Of a stretch of DNA of 64,000 bases, positions 1 through 8,601 are shown piece by piece. Position numbers and translations under genes: made by a program. The first letter of the stretch is position 1. Each line of letters begins with the position of its first letter. The notes under the pieces were generated by a model that worked only from the letters and a program-made list of their open reading frames with translations, was not told the DNA's origin and searched no databases. Source of the DNA: Minisyncoccota bacterium (lineage in GTDB: Bacteria > Patescibacteriota > Minisyncoccia > Phycocordibacterales > JBAYGS01); assembly GCA_041666545.1 (NCBI GenBank), contig JBAYGS010000003.1, positions 41,086-105,085 of the forward strand. Reading direction: 5' to 3'.

Positions 1-27
1 TGCGACGACCCAGCTGGTACAGTCCTA

Positions 28-699
28 ATGAATTGGTTTGTGCCTCTTTTGTTTGCAGTCATTTCATTCTCCGCTTTCATGGCCCTTCTCACCGGAGATA
101 ACAGTTTATTAAAGGAACTGACCGGGACCAGAGGCGAGTTAGCCTGGCCACTGTGCAAAATGCTTAATTCCGCGATTTATGAGGGTGAAATTTTCAAATG
201 GGCGTCTAAACAGCGTCTTTGGAATAGCTTAGGGCTCGACAGATTCTTTGCCTTCATTGATAACCAACTGGAGACCTTCTTTCATTGGCTTGAATCTAAG
301 TTCAAGGAAAAAAGCACCAACGAGAGAGAGGTCTCTTTGGACAGAATTTTGGCTATGCTCTGCACGGCCTTTCTGGGAATGGTCTTGACCACAATCGGGG
401 CATACTTATTCCTGATTCTGTCACTCTTCTTCTTGGCACTCACGGGCTTAATCGTACTCCTCGACCTACCGACGATGATCTTCGTCCGAATCGCCACTCG
501 CCCAGCCTTGGCGGCCGGCGAAGGCGCGGCGACGGCCATTTTTCTGGAAGGAATTTTCTATCGATCATTCGAGGCCGCTTCCGGCTATGATTGGTTGAGG
601 CTCATCCTGTTCTCGCTACTCGGCGCCATCCTCGGCATTTCAGCTTATGCCTTACGACAAAGGCTGATTACCGTCGGAGCCATTGTTAAAGAAACTTGA
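28..699 (+). CDS. hypothetical polytopic membrane protein
   Basis: Complete 223 aa ORF with several hydrophobic helices. Followed by a hairpin plus T-run terminator at 703-738. No recognisable family. Confidence 0.4.
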   Translation: MNWFVPLLFAVISFSAFMALLTGDNSLLKELTGTRGELAWPLCKMLNSAIYEGEIFKWASKQRLWNSLGLDRFFAFIDNQLETFFHWLESKFKEKSTNEREVSLDRILAMLCTAFLGMVLTTIGAYLFLILSLFFLALTGLIVLLDLPTMIFVRIATRPALAAGEGAATAIFLEGIFYRSFEAASGYDWLRLILFSLLGAILGISAYALRQRLITVGAIVKET

Positions 700-702
700 T
701 TC

Positions 703-738
703 CCGCCCCGCACAGGCAGCCTGTGCGGGGCATTTTTA
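703..738 (+). terminator. rho-independent terminator (GC hairpin ccgccccgcacagg/cctgtgcgggg plus T-run)
   Basis: Perfect inverted repeat followed by attttta, directly after the stop of ORF 28-699. Confidence 0.6.
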
Positions 739-851
739 TTTCCCCAGCTTTTTGCTATAGTGTCATCATTATTAAAATAAAATACTAATCCACGAATCTT
801 ATCCTAATCCACGAATTACGAATGAGGTCATTCGGATATTAGTAGATTGGC

Positions 852-3008
852 ATGAAATTTGTAGATTGGTATCAACAATCTATGAAGAAAAAAGAATTCT
901 CCACGATAGTCGGCGGCAAGACTTTGACCGCAACCTTCAGCGACTTGGCCGAAAGGGCTAACGGTTCAGTGATGTTGCGCTACGGCAACACAGTTGTGTT
1001 GGCGACCGCAGTAATGTCAAAAGAATCTCGCGATGGCGAAGATTTCTTACCGCTCACAGTTGATTATGAGGAAAAGTTTTACGCTTCCGGTCAAATTCTC
1101 GGCTCGCGATTTGTGAGAAGGGAAGGTAAGCCGTCAGACGAAGCAATCCTCTCCGGCCGAATTGTCGACCGCACCATCCGCCCGCTTTTCGATCACTGGA
1201 TTCGAAACGAAATCCAATCAATCATCACGGTGCTCTCGATTGAAGAGGACGACCCGGATATGCTCGGCATCTGGGGCGCCTCGCTCGCGATTGGAACCTC
1301 GCATATCCCTTGGAACGGGCCAGTTTCCGCAATTCGCTTGGCCAAGATGAAAGGCGATGACAACTTCATCATCAATCCCAGCTACAAAATCCGCGAAGAC
1401 AAAAATCTGGAATTTGAACTTGTGGCCTGTGGCAAAGACGGCAAAATCAACATGATCGAGCTCGGTGGCAACGAAGTCCCGGAAGAAACCGTCGCCAAAG
1501 CTTTGCAATTTGCTTCCGAAGAAATCGAAAAGGTCCAGGATTTTCAAAATAAAATCATCAAAGAAATCGGCAAAAAGAAATTGATAATTCCGAAGCCGGA
1601 AACACCGAAAGAACTGACCCCGCTTTTCAAAGAAATCGTGCTCGCTAAACTCGAGAAGCAAGTTTTTACTGGTGTGCCGGGTGACACTTCGATTGAGGCA
1701 CTCAAGAAAGAGTGGCTCACGGCGGTTGAAGAGAAATTTCCTGGCACCAATATCAACCTACCGATCGATCTCTTTGAAGATGCCACCAATGAAATCGTCC
1801 ACACCGAAGCGATTGAGAATAATCGCCGAGCTGACGGCAGGAAGATTGATGAAATCCGCCCACTCTACGCGCAAGCCGGCGGAATTTCGCCAATTCTTCA
1901 CGGTTCAGGAATTTTCTATCGAGGTCAAACCCACATTCTGACCGCGCTCACCCTGGGTGGTCCTTCCGACACCCAAATTATTGACGGAATTGAAGAAAAA
2001 AATGTACAAAAGCGTTTCATGCACCATTACAACTTCCCACCATTCTCAACCGGTGAAACCGGCCGAGCCAGTAGCACCAACCGCCGAATGATCGGCCACG
2101 GCGCTCTCGCGGAAAAAGCCCTCGTGCCAATAATTCCTGACCAAGAGCAATTTCCTTATACCATCCGTTTGGTCTCGGAAGCTCTTTCTTCCAATGGTTC
2201 GACTTCAATGGGTTCGGTCTGTGGCTCGACTCTGGCTTTGATGGACGGCGGTGTACCAATCAAGAAACCGGTGGCCGGCATCGCTTCCGGTTTAATGCTT
2301 AGCGAGGACGGTAAGAAATATAAAGTGCTCACTGACATTCAGGGACCGGAAGACCACTATGGCGATATGGATTTTAAAGTCGCGGGCACACTGGAAGGCA
2401 TCACCGCTATGCAGATGGATGTGAAAGTCGGCGGTATTCCGCTTTCCATTTTTCCGGAAGCTCTCGAGAAAGCTCGGCTAGCCCGAATTCAAATTTTGAA
2501 AGTCATCACCGAGGCCATCCTGGAACCGCGACCGGAAATCTGCGCCAAGGCGCCAAAAATCCTAATCATCAGAATCAAACCGGACCAGATTGGCGGCGTC
2601 ATCGGCTCCGGTGGCAAGACCATCAATGACATCAAGGAAAAAACTGGAGTGGAGGCCATCGACATCGAGGATGACGGCAAAATTTTCATTACCGGTAAAA
2701 ATGGTTCAGCTGAAAAAGCGAAAAAGATTATTGAGGAAATGACACACGAATACAAACGCGGTGAAAAATTCCAAGGTGAAGTGGTAAAAATCTTGGACTT
2801 TGGCGCTTTTGTGAGAATCGGCTACAACGCCGAAGGTTTGGTACACATTTCTGAAATCGCGCCCTTCCGAGTCGACCGGGTCACCGCCGTCCTGAAAGAA
2901 GGCGACAAAGTACCGGTCGTCGTTAAAGAAATCGATGAGCGAGGCCGAATCAGTCTCTCAATCAAACAAGCCGACCCGAACTTCGTGAAACAGCCGGGGA
3001 AAGTTTAG
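852..3008 (+). CDS. pnp: polynucleotide phosphorylase (PNPase)
   Basis: 718 aa. N-terminus GKTLTATFSDLAERANGSVMLRYGNTVVLATAV is classic PNPase. Two RNase PH-like regions, then KH (GSGGKTINDIKEKTGV) and S1 (GEVVKILDFGAFVRI) at the C-terminus. Confidence 0.93.
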   Translation: MKFVDWYQQSMKKKEFSTIVGGKTLTATFSDLAERANGSVMLRYGNTVVLATAVMSKESRDGEDFLPLTVDYEEKFYASGQILGSRFVRREGKPSDEAILSGRIVDRTIRPLFDHWIRNEIQSIITVLSIEEDDPDMLGIWGASLAIGTSHIPWNGPVSAIRLAKMKGDDNFIINPSYKIREDKNLEFELVACGKDGKINMIELGGNEVPEETVAKALQFASEEIEKVQDFQNKIIKEIGKKKLIIPKPETPKELTPLFKEIVLAKLEKQVFTGVPGDTSIEALKKEWLTAVEEKFPGTNINLPIDLFEDATNEIVHTEAIENNRRADGRKIDEIRPLYAQAGGISPILHGSGIFYRGQTHILTALTLGGPSDTQIIDGIEEKNVQKRFMHHYNFPPFSTGETGRASSTNRRMIGHGALAEKALVPIIPDQEQFPYTIRLVSEALSSNGSTSMGSVCGSTLALMDGGVPIKKPVAGIASGLMLSEDGKKYKVLTDIQGPEDHYGDMDFKVAGTLEGITAMQMDVKVGGIPLSIFPEALEKARLARIQILKVITEAILEPRPEICAKAPKILIIRIKPDQIGGVIGSGGKTINDIKEKTGVEAIDIEDDGKIFITGKNGSAEKAKKIIEEMTHEYKRGEKFQGEVVKILDFGAFVRIGYNAEGLVHISEIAPFRVDRVTAVLKEGDKVPVVVKEIDERGRISLSIKQADPNFVKQPGKV

Positions 3009-3040
3009 AGGTTTAGAAGTTTGGAAGTTGAAAAGTTTAA

Positions 3041-3078
3041 AACCGCCAAGCATTTACATGTAACTACTTGGCGGTTTT
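3041..3078 (+). terminator. rho-independent terminator after pnp
   Basis: Hairpin ccgccaag...cttggcgg followed by ttttcc. Confidence 0.55.
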
Positions 3079-4276
3079 CCATTCGTGTCATTCGTTTTCA
3101 TTCGTAATTTGTGTCGTGTGCCGGTCTACTTTAAAGCTTCATGTTTCAAGCTTTATATCGTATAATTTCCAAATGGATCCTGAACTTAGCCAATTTCTTG
3201 GGGGTAATTCCGCGACACCAAAGCCCGAAACCTCAGCTATCCCGCCGAAACCGCCAACACAGCCGATGCCACCACCCCCGGTGCCACCAAAACCAACAAC
3301 ACCGGAAACCCCGACATCTTTACACGGCCAAACAATCGGCCCGTTTTTTAGCGATTTAAACGGCAACCACGACAACAAAGACGCGGAGCTAAAGCCTTTG
3401 CGAACCTACGAAGGTGATGTTGCCGCTTTTATGAAATCTCACGGCACTTCAACAGTCTCAATCGCCACCGCCGAAAGTCAAAGACGAGCCGCCACCCCGA
3501 TTGAAAGAGTCTCAACTACCACCGGTGAGGAGCCGAAATCCTACACAACTCTAATCGTCACAATCATCAGTTTGATTTTAGTCGTTGGTGGAATCACGGC
3601 GATTTTCTTTGCCGTCAATTCGGTCAAACCGCCGACTACGGTCATAGTCGAGGAGATCAAAACTTTGATTCCAACCGAATCACAGAAGGGAATCGACCTA
3701 AACCTTATCGACACGGCCCGTCTGAAATTAATTTTGCAGAATGAGGTTTCCAACAGCAAAATACCACTCGGCTCATTTTTGGGCTTTTATTTCACCCAAA
3801 CCAACGCCTCGACCGGCAAACAAATTTTACCAGCCCAGCAATTCTTAAAATTATTGGTTAAAAATATCCCCGACTCGCTTTTGCGTACCATTTCCAACGA
3901 CTTTCTTTTTGGTTTGGTCTCTTATGATGGTAATCGGCCATTTTTGATTTTAAAAGTTGATTCCTTCCAGCAGGCTTACGCCTCAATGTTAGAGTGGGAA
4001 AAAGATTTAGCCTACGACTTTTCTGACCTCTTGGCCTATCCAAACGACACTTCGGTCGCCACAACCACCGCCTCCACGAACGCTTTGCTTTTCAACGACC
4101 AGCTCTTTAGTGATACGGTAATTAAAAATAAAGATGTAAGAATTTTGCGAACCGCAACCGGCCGAACCAGAATCCTTTATTCAATTTTGGACCAATCGAC
4201 AATTTTGATCACCCCAAGCGAAAACGCTTTCGGCAAAGTTTTGGAACGCCTTGCCACCGCTTCGTTGGTGAGGTAG
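3068..4276 (+). CDS. hypothetical Pro/Thr-rich protein with a single TM segment (true start probably Met at 3173, MDPELSQ)
   Basis: Long ORF. The 5' end of the tracked ORF overlaps a family-D repeat, so a later start is likely. PxxP-rich region, then a hydrophobic helix LIVTIISLILVVGGITAIFFAV, then an extracytoplasmic domain. Confidence 0.4.
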   Translation: MAVFHSCHSFSFVICVVCRSTLKLHVSSFISYNFQMDPELSQFLGGNSATPKPETSAIPPKPPTQPMPPPPVPPKPTTPETPTSLHGQTIGPFFSDLNGNHDNKDAELKPLRTYEGDVAAFMKSHGTSTVSIATAESQRRAATPIERVSTTTGEEPKSYTTLIVTIISLILVVGGITAIFFAVNSVKPPTTVIVEEIKTLIPTESQKGIDLNLIDTARLKLILQNEVSNSKIPLGSFLGFYFTQTNASTGKQILPAQQFLKLLVKNIPDSLLRTISNDFLFGLVSYDGNRPFLILKVDSFQQAYASMLEWEKDLAYDFSDLLAYPNDTSVATTTASTNALLFNDQLFSDTVIKNKDVRILRTATGRTRILYSILDQSTILITPSENAFGKVLERLATASLVR

Positions 4277-4400
4277 CGCTCGACACCGATTACAAATACC
4301 CGCGAACTCTTAACCTCTTTTATATTCGTGTGCCCTATTTGTAAGGGTTCTTAACTATTCGTGGATTTGTGTCGTGAGCTCGCTGTAGTATAATAGCGAA

Positions 4401-4757
4401 ATGATTGATACAACAAAACTCAAAACCAAATTAGAAGCTGAGCTCGCCACCCTCGAGACCGAACTTAATGGCATTGGCCAAAAAAATCCCAATAACCCGG
4501 CCGATTGGCAAGCTACACCGGGAAACATCGACGCCGATAGCGCCGACCGCAATGAAGTTGCCGACACCATTGAAGAATTTGAAGACAACACCGCCATTCT
4601 CAAAGATTTGGAGATCCGTTACAACAATGTCAAAGACGCGCTCGCCAGGATTACCGCCGGCACTTACGGAACCTGTGAAGTCTGCAAAAAAGCCATCGAC
4701 CCTAAACGATTAGAGGCCAACCCTTCTGCCACCACCTGTATTGAACACACGAAATGA
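4401..4757 (+). CDS. DksA/TraR-family zinc-finger protein (C4-type)
   Basis: 118 aa. C-terminal CEVCKKAIDPKRLEANPSATTCIEH resembles the DksA/TraR zinc finger, with a coiled-coil N-terminus. Confidence 0.5.
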   Translation: MIDTTKLKTKLEAELATLETELNGIGQKNPNNPADWQATPGNIDADSADRNEVADTIEEFEDNTAILKDLEIRYNNVKDALARITAGTYGTCEVCKKAIDPKRLEANPSATTCIEHTK

Positions 4758-4761
4758 AACA

Positions 4762-4850
4762 CCAATAACCAAGAGACAATAACCAAAATTAAGTTGGTTG
4801 GAATTTGTTTGATTATTGTTTCTTGGATTTTGTTATTTGATTACTATGTC
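4762..4850. repeat. family-B palindromic unit overlapping the comM start region
   Basis: caataaccaagagacaataaccaaaa ... ttgattattgtttcttggattttgttatttg. Confidence 0.65.
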
Positions 4851-6414
4851 TTTCTCAAGAGTTCTTTCCGCCCAGACAAATTATCTGGACGCGGCGATTA
4901 TCAAAGTTGAAACCGACTTATCAAAAGGCCTGAATTCTTTTTCGATTGTCGGCTTGCCGGACAAAGCGGTGGAAGAAGCCAGGGACCGCATTTCGGCCGC
5001 TATCAAGAACAGCGGTTTTCTTTCACCTAAACAGAAGAACCAGAGGACGGTCGTAGCGCTCGCACCGGCGGAACTCAAAAAGGAGGGTGCCAATTTTGAC
5101 CTGGCAATTGCTCTGGGTTATCTCTTAGCTACCAAACTAATTCGTTTTAACCCGGAAAAAAGACTGTTTCTTGGAGAATTATCCCTCGATGGCAAACTTC
5201 AACCGATTGCCGGCAGTTTAGCCCTAGTCTCGGAAGCCAAAAAACGCGGAATTGAGGAAGTTTATCTGCCAAAACAAAACGCCACGGAGGGTGCTTTAAT
5301 TTCTGACATAAAAATTTTTGGTGCCGACAATTTACTAGAAATTATTGCCCACCTAATCGAGAAAAGCCTCGACAAAACAGATGAGAGCCCGAGAATTTTG
5401 AAATTTGAGCTAGAAGTCACTCCACCAACCCAAGTTATTTATGAGGAGCCGGAGCGGGGTTTGGATTTATCAGATATCAAAGGTCAAGAAAGCGCCAAAA
5501 GAGGACTTTTGATTTCGGCCGCCGGTGGCCACAACTTGGCAATGTACGGCCCGCCCGGTACCGGCAAAACCATGCTGGCCCGAGCTTTTACCCATCTTTT
5601 GCCAAGCCTCTCTTTTGAAGAAGCTTTGGAGGTGACGGCCATCCATTCGGTTTCCGGAACACTTAAAGAAACCTTAGTGACTCGGCCACCACTTAGAAGT
5701 CCACATCACACCTCCTCGTATGTTGCGATTGTCGGCGGTGGTACAGTGCCGAAGCCAGGAGAAATTACTCTCGCCCACCGAGGAGTTTTGTTTTTGGACG
5801 AATTTCCGGAGTTTGAAAGACGAGTCATCGATGGTCTGCGTCAACCACTTGAAGACCGGGTGGTCAGTGTTTCCCGAATCAAAGGCACCGCCCAATTTCC
5901 GGCGCAGTTTATTTTAATCGCTGCAATGAATCCTTGTCCTTGCGGTAATTTTGGCATTTCTGGCAAACCCTGCATTTGTAGTGCCTCGAACATTGAAAGG
6001 TACAAGAGAAAAATTTCCGGACCAATTATCGATCGCATTGATTTGTGGGTTGAAGTCTCAAGCGTTGATCATGAATCACTAACCAGCCGAGAAAAAAGTG
6101 GCGCTGATACCAAGACCGTACGCAAGCAGATTGCTGAAGCCAGAGAAATTCAAGCTAAACGATTTAAGGATTCTAAGAGACCAATTAAAACCAATGGAGA
6201 AATGAGCGCCAAAGATGTAATTGAGCTGATCGACTTGGCCAAAGAAGTCAAAGATGAGTTTAACAAGTCGGCAAAAAAGTTGGACCTCTCGGCCCGGTCC
6301 TATCACCGAGTTTTAAAGTTGGCTCGCACCATTGCCGATTTAGAAAAAAGCGACGCGGTAGAGCGAGAACATATTTTCGAAGCTTTGCAGTACCGACCGA
6401 AACAGAGAATGTAA
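4816..6414 (+). CDS. comM: YifB/ComM family Mg-chelatase-like AAA+ ATPase
   Basis: 532 aa. N-terminal Lon-like ChlI domain (IVGLPDKAVEEARDRISAAIKNSGF). Walker A GPPGTGKTMLA, Walker B VLFLDEFPEF. C-terminal Mg-chelatase domain. Confidence 0.85.
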   Translation: MFLGFCYLITMSFSRVLSAQTNYLDAAIIKVETDLSKGLNSFSIVGLPDKAVEEARDRISAAIKNSGFLSPKQKNQRTVVALAPAELKKEGANFDLAIALGYLLATKLIRFNPEKRLFLGELSLDGKLQPIAGSLALVSEAKKRGIEEVYLPKQNATEGALISDIKIFGADNLLEIIAHLIEKSLDKTDESPRILKFELEVTPPTQVIYEEPERGLDLSDIKGQESAKRGLLISAAGGHNLAMYGPPGTGKTMLARAFTHLLPSLSFEEALEVTAIHSVSGTLKETLVTRPPLRSPHHTSSYVAIVGGGTVPKPGEITLAHRGVLFLDEFPEFERRVIDGLRQPLEDRVVSVSRIKGTAQFPAQFILIAAMNPCPCGNFGISGKPCICSASNIERYKRKISGPIIDRIDLWVEVSSVDHESLTSREKSGADTKTVRKQIAEAREIQAKRFKDSKRPIKTNGEMSAKDVIELIDLAKEVKDEFNKSAKKLDLSARSYHRVLKLARTIADLEKSDAVEREHIFEALQYRPKQRM

Positions 6415-6541
6415 TACCAATCTACCAATTTTATTCCAATCTACAAATATCCAGATAATTAAGAACTCACAAAAAACCGCTCACGCGGTTTTTGGATTTC
6501 TTTTTCTTCATACCATATACCTTATACTATATACCCAATAC

Positions 6542-7594
6542 CTATCTGAAAGGGTTTTGCGCGCCTCGGACTTCGAAGTGTAAGTGCGGTCCGGTTGAAC
6601 GACCGGTAGAACCGACATAGCCGATAATCTGGCCTTGCACGACATAAGAACCTTCGTAGGCAACATTGGTATCAAGGTGCCCATAAAGAGTTTGAGTACC
6701 GTTCGCGTGGGCAATAACGATATATTCGCCGTAGCCACCGTTCCAACCCGAGGAACGACTGATGATGACTTGGCCACTCGCCGCAGCCATGATTGGTGTA
6801 CCTCTTGAGGCACCGATATCAATCCCGTTATAGCCATGCAAGCCCTGGGTTTTTCTGCCACCAAGAACCGGCCAAATGTAATAGGTGCCGTAGTCTGGAC
6901 CACCTGCGCCACGGATTTTTGAGGTGCTACTGATTGTCGAAACACTGTAGCCGGCCATTTCACCATCGGGAATAATTATCGTATCACCAACTATCAAACT
7001 GGCACCTTGATCCAAACCGTTAAATTGTCTGATTTCACCCGCGTCGCCTTTGTACTTTTTGGCAATGCTCTGTAGAGTTTCACCTTTAACCACGGTGTGT
7101 TTGATACCGGAGATAGGTAGGATAATCAATTTTTGACCGACCTGAATCGGACCGGTAATGTCGTTGGCCCAAATAATCGTGTTGGCTGAAACACCAAACA
7201 TTTTAGCAATACCGGAAAGTGAATCGCCAGAATGAACAACGTAGACACTAATCTGACTTGATTTTGGATCTTCGATGTCCGCCAAGGTGCCGGCCGGGCC
7301 AGCTTCCGAAAGTAGGGCGGAGCTTGCCACGATTGTGATGTCACCACCCTTGGACAAGCTCGGGTTAGGGTTCCGGGTCGCCTGAAGCAGGGGCATATTT
7401 TGAGAATTAACTACCGACCCGTTAGTTCCGGCCTCAGCCTCATTATTGACCAAACTAGAAATAAAACTTAAAAGCCCCGCGTTTGCAGTTCGCGGAGCTA
7501 AAATCAAACTTAAAAATAGAACGGTAGCGGTAATAGTTGAGAAAACCAAAATCGGCTTCATTTTGGAAAAGCCTTGGTTGAGCCATATTTTCAT
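6542..7594 (-). CDS. LysM-domain M23 family metallopeptidase
   Basis: 350 aa. Signal/TM N-terminus, two LysM-like repeats (VHSGDSLSGIAKMFGVS; VVKGETLQSIAKKY), and a C-terminal M23 motif HGYNGIDIGA...GPHLHFEVR. Confidence 0.8.
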   Translation of the reverse strand: MKIWLNQGFSKMKPILVFSTITATVLFLSLILAPRTANAGLLSFISSLVNNEAEAGTNGSVVNSQNMPLLQATRNPNPSLSKGGDITIVASSALLSEAGPAGTLADIEDPKSSQISVYVVHSGDSLSGIAKMFGVSANTIIWANDITGPIQVGQKLIILPISGIKHTVVKGETLQSIAKKYKGDAGEIRQFNGLDQGASLIVGDTIIIPDGEMAGYSVSTISSTSKIRGAGGPDYGTYYIWPVLGGRKTQGLHGYNGIDIGASRGTPIMAAASGQVIISRSSGWNGGYGEYIVIAHANGTQTLYGHLDTNVAYEGSYVVQGQIIGYVGSTGRSTGPHLHFEVRGAQNPFR

Positions 7595-7943
7595 CTGGTT
7601 GGCCTTACAGATTGCGCCAGTTGAGCCAGAATATTTTAGAGATTTAGAGATAAGCCTAATTTATACTCTCTAAAACTTTGAAGCTTTGACCTTTCTATCT
7701 TTAGGATTTCCTAAATTACGGCTCTACATAGCCGTGCTTCGAAGTTTCCCGAGAAAGCCTGATTTACAGCCATTTCTGACATATATGGCTCAACAAAGCC
7801 ATATAAACGGCAAAACAACCCTTTCGGTATATATCCATACTAGCTTTTAAAGACTTTAAGGTCAAACCAGTTGTCCACCTTTAGGAAAATGGAACATAGA
7901 GCATGGAGCATAAGGAAAAACCAAAGACAGGCACGGCCGCGCG

Positions 7944-8522
7944 TTGCGCGCGGCCGTGCCTGTTCTTGACTTTTTAACAGAGACATGCATAATTATACAC
8001 AGACTCGTCCTAAAACAAAAAGAAAGGAAACTTGTGAAAAATGAGTTTTTGTCACTCACCGGCAGTGTTTTACTTACGATTGATTCTTGGGTTGGCCTTC
8101 TCATGTTCTACCTAGTCTATCGATCAGGTTTCGATTGTTTGATTCGTGAGCCCTTTCACAAAATCCAAGCACTTACGCGCAATTGGAATTGGCAAACCAG
8201 ATTCAGTGCGGGTTTAGTCCTGCTTGTCCTCACGGCGATAGTTTTCTATGCTCCCGGCAGGTTCTTGAGTGAAAGGTTTTCAGATAATCCGAGATACGGC
8301 CAACCGATCTCTAATGAACTGGTTTCATTCAAAAACAAGATCTTTCGACCAAGAGCTGTGATCACTGTCGATGGAAAAACCGTACTCTACAATGAGGATG
8401 GCAAGTTCTACAGTCTGGACGGTCTGATCCTTGGACAAAAGCCGGACGAACTGTTTAAGCCCGGCGCTTCTTACACTGTTTACAGCCAAAGCAACCAATT
8501 GTGGTTTGCTCGACTGAACTGA
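7944..8522 (+). CDS. hypothetical membrane protein (likely GTG start at 8034 behind an AGGA RBS)
   Basis: The tracked ORF start lies inside a strong hairpin (7927-7965). An in-frame GTG at 8034 is preceded by aaaggaaac. Two predicted TM helices. A terminator follows at 8535-8561. Confidence 0.35.
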   Translation: MRAAVPVLDFLTETCIIIHRLVLKQKERKLVKNEFLSLTGSVLLTIDSWVGLLMFYLVYRSGFDCLIREPFHKIQALTRNWNWQTRFSAGLVLLVLTAIVFYAPGRFLSERFSDNPRYGQPISNELVSFKNKIFRPRAVITVDGKTVLYNEDGKFYSLDGLILGQKPDELFKPGASYTVYSQSNQLWFARLN

Positions 8523-8534
8523 CAGATCTCTTTT

Positions 8535-8561
8535 AAGCCGTGCGCTTCGCACGGCTTTTTA
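8535..8561 (+). terminator. rho-independent terminator
   Basis: agccgtgcg-cttc-gcacggct followed by ttttt. Confidence 0.6.
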
Positions 8562-8601
8562 AATACTTTCTACTTTCTATCTTATACCTTATACTTCCCC
8601 C

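Noticed and set aside
1162-2755. Several 60-150 aa ORFs on both strands inside pnp (for example 1218-1661 minus, 1672-1941 plus)
   Set aside because: They are fully contained within the strongly supported 718 aa PNPase reading frame and have no independent signals, so they are alternative-frame artefacts.
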